Positions 60,616 to 64,000 of a stretch of DNA of 64,000 nt are shown here, piece by piece. Positions within the stretch are counted from its first letter, which is position 1, and every line of letters begins with the position of its first letter. The stretch is from Octopus sinensis. Taxonomy: Eukaryota. A program made the position numbers and the translations under genes. The stretch lies in NCBI RefSeq assembly GCF_006345805.1, contig NC_043014.1:9796001-9860000 (forward strand), in the 5' to 3' direction. The notes beneath the pieces are model-generated. The model did no database searches, was not told the DNA's origin, and saw only the letters and a list, made by a program, of their open reading frames with translations.

Positions 60616-61095
60616 ATTCAGGCTGTAACCTGCATAGTATCATCAAAATTCAGGCTGTAACCTGCATAGTATCATCAAAATTCAGGCTGTAACCTGCATA
60701 GTATCATCAAAATTCAGGCTGTAACCTGCATAGTATCATCAAAATTCAGGCTGTAACCTGCATAGTATCATCAAAATTCAGCCTGTAACCTGCATAGTAT
60801 CATCAAAATTCAGGCTGTAACCTGCATAGTATCATCATCAAAATTCAGGCTGTAACCTGCATAGTATCATCAAAATTCAGGCTGTAACCTGCATAGTATC
60901 ATCAAAATTCAGGCTGTAACCGCATAGTATCATCAAAATTCAGGCTCTTCCTGCATAGTACATCAAAATTCAGGCTGTACCTGCATAGTATCATCAAAAT
61001 TCAGCTGTAACCTGCATAGTATCATCAAAATCAGGCTGTAACCTGCATAGTATCATCAAAATTCAGGCTGTAACCTGCATAGTATCATCAAAATT
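60616..61095. repeat. 32-bp minisatellite, about 15 near-identical units
   Basis: Unit ATTCAGGCTGTAACCTGCATAGTATCATCAAA; first starts at 60616 and 60648; no spacers. Confidence 0.95.
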
Positions 61096-61314
61096 AAATT
61101 TGCCAGCTATTATAAATACAATGGCCGTTCAAAAATCCAACAATAACCTGGACAATATTATACGAATCTATGGGACTTTGTTGCCATACAAAGGTTATGT
61201 ACGGAACACTACAGAGAAGAGCAACAGCGCTACGTAGGAAAAGACCATAATGTGAAGCGCTACGTCCGTAGAAAGGAAGACTAAACGACACTAGGAAGCA
61301 CTGCTACAAGACTA

Positions 61315-61960
61315 CGAAGGGGTGCTGAAAGGTTCTTGAATTTAAAGGCTTCGCGAAGGGCCTGACTGGAGCCCAAGCTTTTGAGTTCTTTTATAGGGCT
61401 TAGAAGGACTGTTGCAATAAGTGTATGAATCTGGAAGGGGAATGTGCTGAATAAAATCATAATTAATTGATACTCCTGTTTTTCTTTTACCCAGGGCCAG
61501 GAAGTTTTCATTCCTCCTCATATATATTGCTATACGATTAGAAAAACTGAAGGATCGTTCCAGTAAATGCATGAATCTGAGAGGGAAATATGTTGAATAA
61601 AATCATAATTGAAGCTCCTGTTTTTTCTTTTACCTAAGGCCAGGAATGTTTCAGCACTCCCTCATATATATTGGCATACGATTAGAAAACTGAAGGACAG
61701 TTGCAATAGGTGTAGGAATCTGAACGGGAAATATATTGAATAGAATCATAATTAATTGATCCACCTGTTTTTTTTGTATTTTACCCAAGGCCAGGAAGTT
61801 TTCACACCTCCTTATATATATTGGCATATTATTAGAAAATCTGAAGGACTGTTATAAAATAAGTGTGAATCCGAGAAAGTAATATGTTAAACAAAATCAT
61901 AATTAATCGATATTGCTGTATTTCCTTTTACCCAAGGCTGGAAAATTTTCAGCACCCTCG
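61315..61960 (+). mobile_element. mariner-type non-autonomous element with four tandem copies of its right end
   Basis: Left TA|CGAAGGGGTGCTGAAAGGTTC; right GAAAATTTTCAGCACCCTCG|TA; ~145-bp units start at 61403, 61549, 61692 and 61843, each ending in a TIR-like sequence. Confidence 0.75.
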
Positions 61961-63024
61961 TACACAACACTACAAAACCCTACAAGGTAGCAGTTCAAAA
62001 CTACGTAATGCCACTGAATACTGAAACACTACCATTCATGTCTATTGTTCTATACTATTCCATAAAACCACCGGGTCCAATAATGCTTTCCGATATATGC
62101 AAATGGCTTGACATTTTTGAGAGGTAGTCGATTATTTTGAAACTCCCACCCCCAGTACTTGACTATTACTTATTATATTGACCCCGAATTGATAAAAAGC
62201 AAATTCGACCTCGACCGAATTTGAATTCAGTACATAAAGACGGATGAAATGCTGTAAAACATTTTGTTGGGTGCTGTAAGGACTCTGTCAACTCGCACCA
62301 GGTTGAAAAATAACAAGATCAGCTTAAAAATTTACCACCTTATTACTTAGCCAAAGAAAGAATCTCTAAGTGCTTCCTTGACCAGATAGAATTAGTACCT
62401 AAATTAAAACTATATCCTCTTAAAAGCTGAAATGCACACTGGTTCATGTACATGAAGATGAATAATATATGAGAGAGAAAAGAACAGAACTGTTTGAAAT
62501 GGAATGACTTTGACTATAGTCTGCTCAGTGAATGCTGGCCAAGGGTTAAACAGCTTCAAAAACAACAATAGCAGCAGCAGCCATAATACTTACAGCATCG
62601 TTCGTAACACAAAACTGCCAGACAATTTGAGATACTGCAGCAGTAATCACAACAACAACAACAACAACAACAACTAATGCAAACACCACAAGAATAACTA
62701 ACAACGATGACATCACTAAAACAACTTCTGATGACGATGAAAAAATTAAAAAAAACAAGGAAAGAAATACGATGCTGTGAAAAGTATTTTAAAGATTGGT
62801 AGTGCAGCAACTGTAACCACGGCGACGAGAATCATGGCGGCGAAAAACCATCTCATTGAAGAAAAGGAAACAATCTATAAACATAAATACATCTTCTCTT
62901 CGCCACTGAGTAAAAATAAGAGATTTCAATCACGAAATTAATTTTCGCACTTTTGACCCTCGCTCACGTCTTTCGTAGTCTTCCACTCACTTTCTGCCTC
63001 TCTCACTCAGTATATCTACTTATC

Positions 63025-63420
63025 GTTGAATCAATCAATCAGTCAATCACTCACTCAATCAATCAATCAAACAAATAATCAATCAATGAATCAATCAATC
63101 AATCGGTCTATCTCTCTGTCTGTCTGTCTATCTATCTATCAATCAATCGGTCTATCTCTCTGTCTATCTATCTATCTATCTATCTATATATCTATCTATC
63201 TATCTATCTATCGATCAGTCTTTCTGTCTGTCCATCTGACTGTCTTATCTCACCCTTTCTTTCTCTTTCAGGCTCACTTTCTCTCTCTCTCTCTACCTAT
63301 CTATCTCAATTATCTATCTATCTATCAATCTATCTATCTATTAGTCTCTCTCTGTTCATCTGACTTTCTTACCTTACCTTCTCTTTCTCTCTCTCTCTGT
63401 CTTTGTCTCACTATCTGCCT
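63025..63420. repeat. (TCAA)n/(TCTA)n/(TC)n compound microsatellite
   Basis: Directly visible. Confidence 0.9.
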
Positions 63421-63829
63421 CATTATCTATCTCTCTGTTCAAGAACGCAACGTATCGCCCAGCCCAGGAATCGATCATGCGCTACACCCTAATCACTACA
63501 CCACACACTTCCACACGGCCGTTTTTAATCGTTTTAAACCTCTCTGCTTTGTCTCTACTTCTTTCTCAATTTCGCTTATGGTACTTCTTTAAAATTCCTC
63601 ATTTGATATATGAAACTCTATTACAGATATTTTAAGAATATCTGTCAACACACATACACAAATACACACAACCATACTCACATACCCACACGCACATACA
63701 AACATACACACAGAGGCGCATTCACTCACACACACTCGCTCACATACATAATCCCAGGCAAATATACGCACTTTTTCACAAACACGTAACACTGCAAAGA
63801 TACACATACACATACGCCACTTCCTTCCA

Positions 63830-64000
63830 CCCTATCTCTCTCTCTCCATCTCTCTCTCTCTCCTCCATCTCTCTCTCTCTCCATCTCTCTCTCTCATCTC
63901 TCTCTCTCTCTCTATCTCTCTCTCTCCATCTCTCTCTCTCTCTCCATCTCTCTCTCTCTCTCTCCATCTCTCTCTCTCCATCTCTCCCTCCATCTCTCTC
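63830..64000. repeat. (TC)n with periodic CA interruptions, running off the window
   Basis: Directly visible. Confidence 0.9.

Noticed and set aside
60616-61095. 32-bp repeat of CRISPR-like length with a hairpin
   Set aside because: Repeats are directly adjacent with no spacers.

Overview
Eukaryotic, AT-rich, repeat-saturated DNA with a 100-N scaffold gap at 41188-41287. The mix of (TA)n/(CA)n microsatellites and tRNA-derived SINEs suggests an octopus-type cephalopod genome (inference; no database search run). I cannot support any host protein-coding exon. Most listed ORFs are microsatellite or SINE read-throughs, and the protein-like ones are decayed transposon ORFs: a full-length Buster/SPIN-type hAT element with 8-bp TSDs, mariner and pogo remnants, RTE and CR1 LINE fragments. 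About 30 SINE copies from three head families, five non-autonomous Helitrons and several MITEs fill the rest. Three RNA-level features stand out. (1) A SINE carries 1, 2, 2 or 10 tandem copies of a 184-nt module, TSD-flanked in three loci, and the module ends are self-complementary. (2) Two families of short (TA)n-anchored elements carry minimal type I hammerhead-ribozyme motifs, one canonical and one with an A6U core variant. (3) A U6 snRNA-SINE chimera is bracketed by one 22-nt TSD. SINE family labels A/B/C are my own, and coordinates of degenerate copies are approximate.
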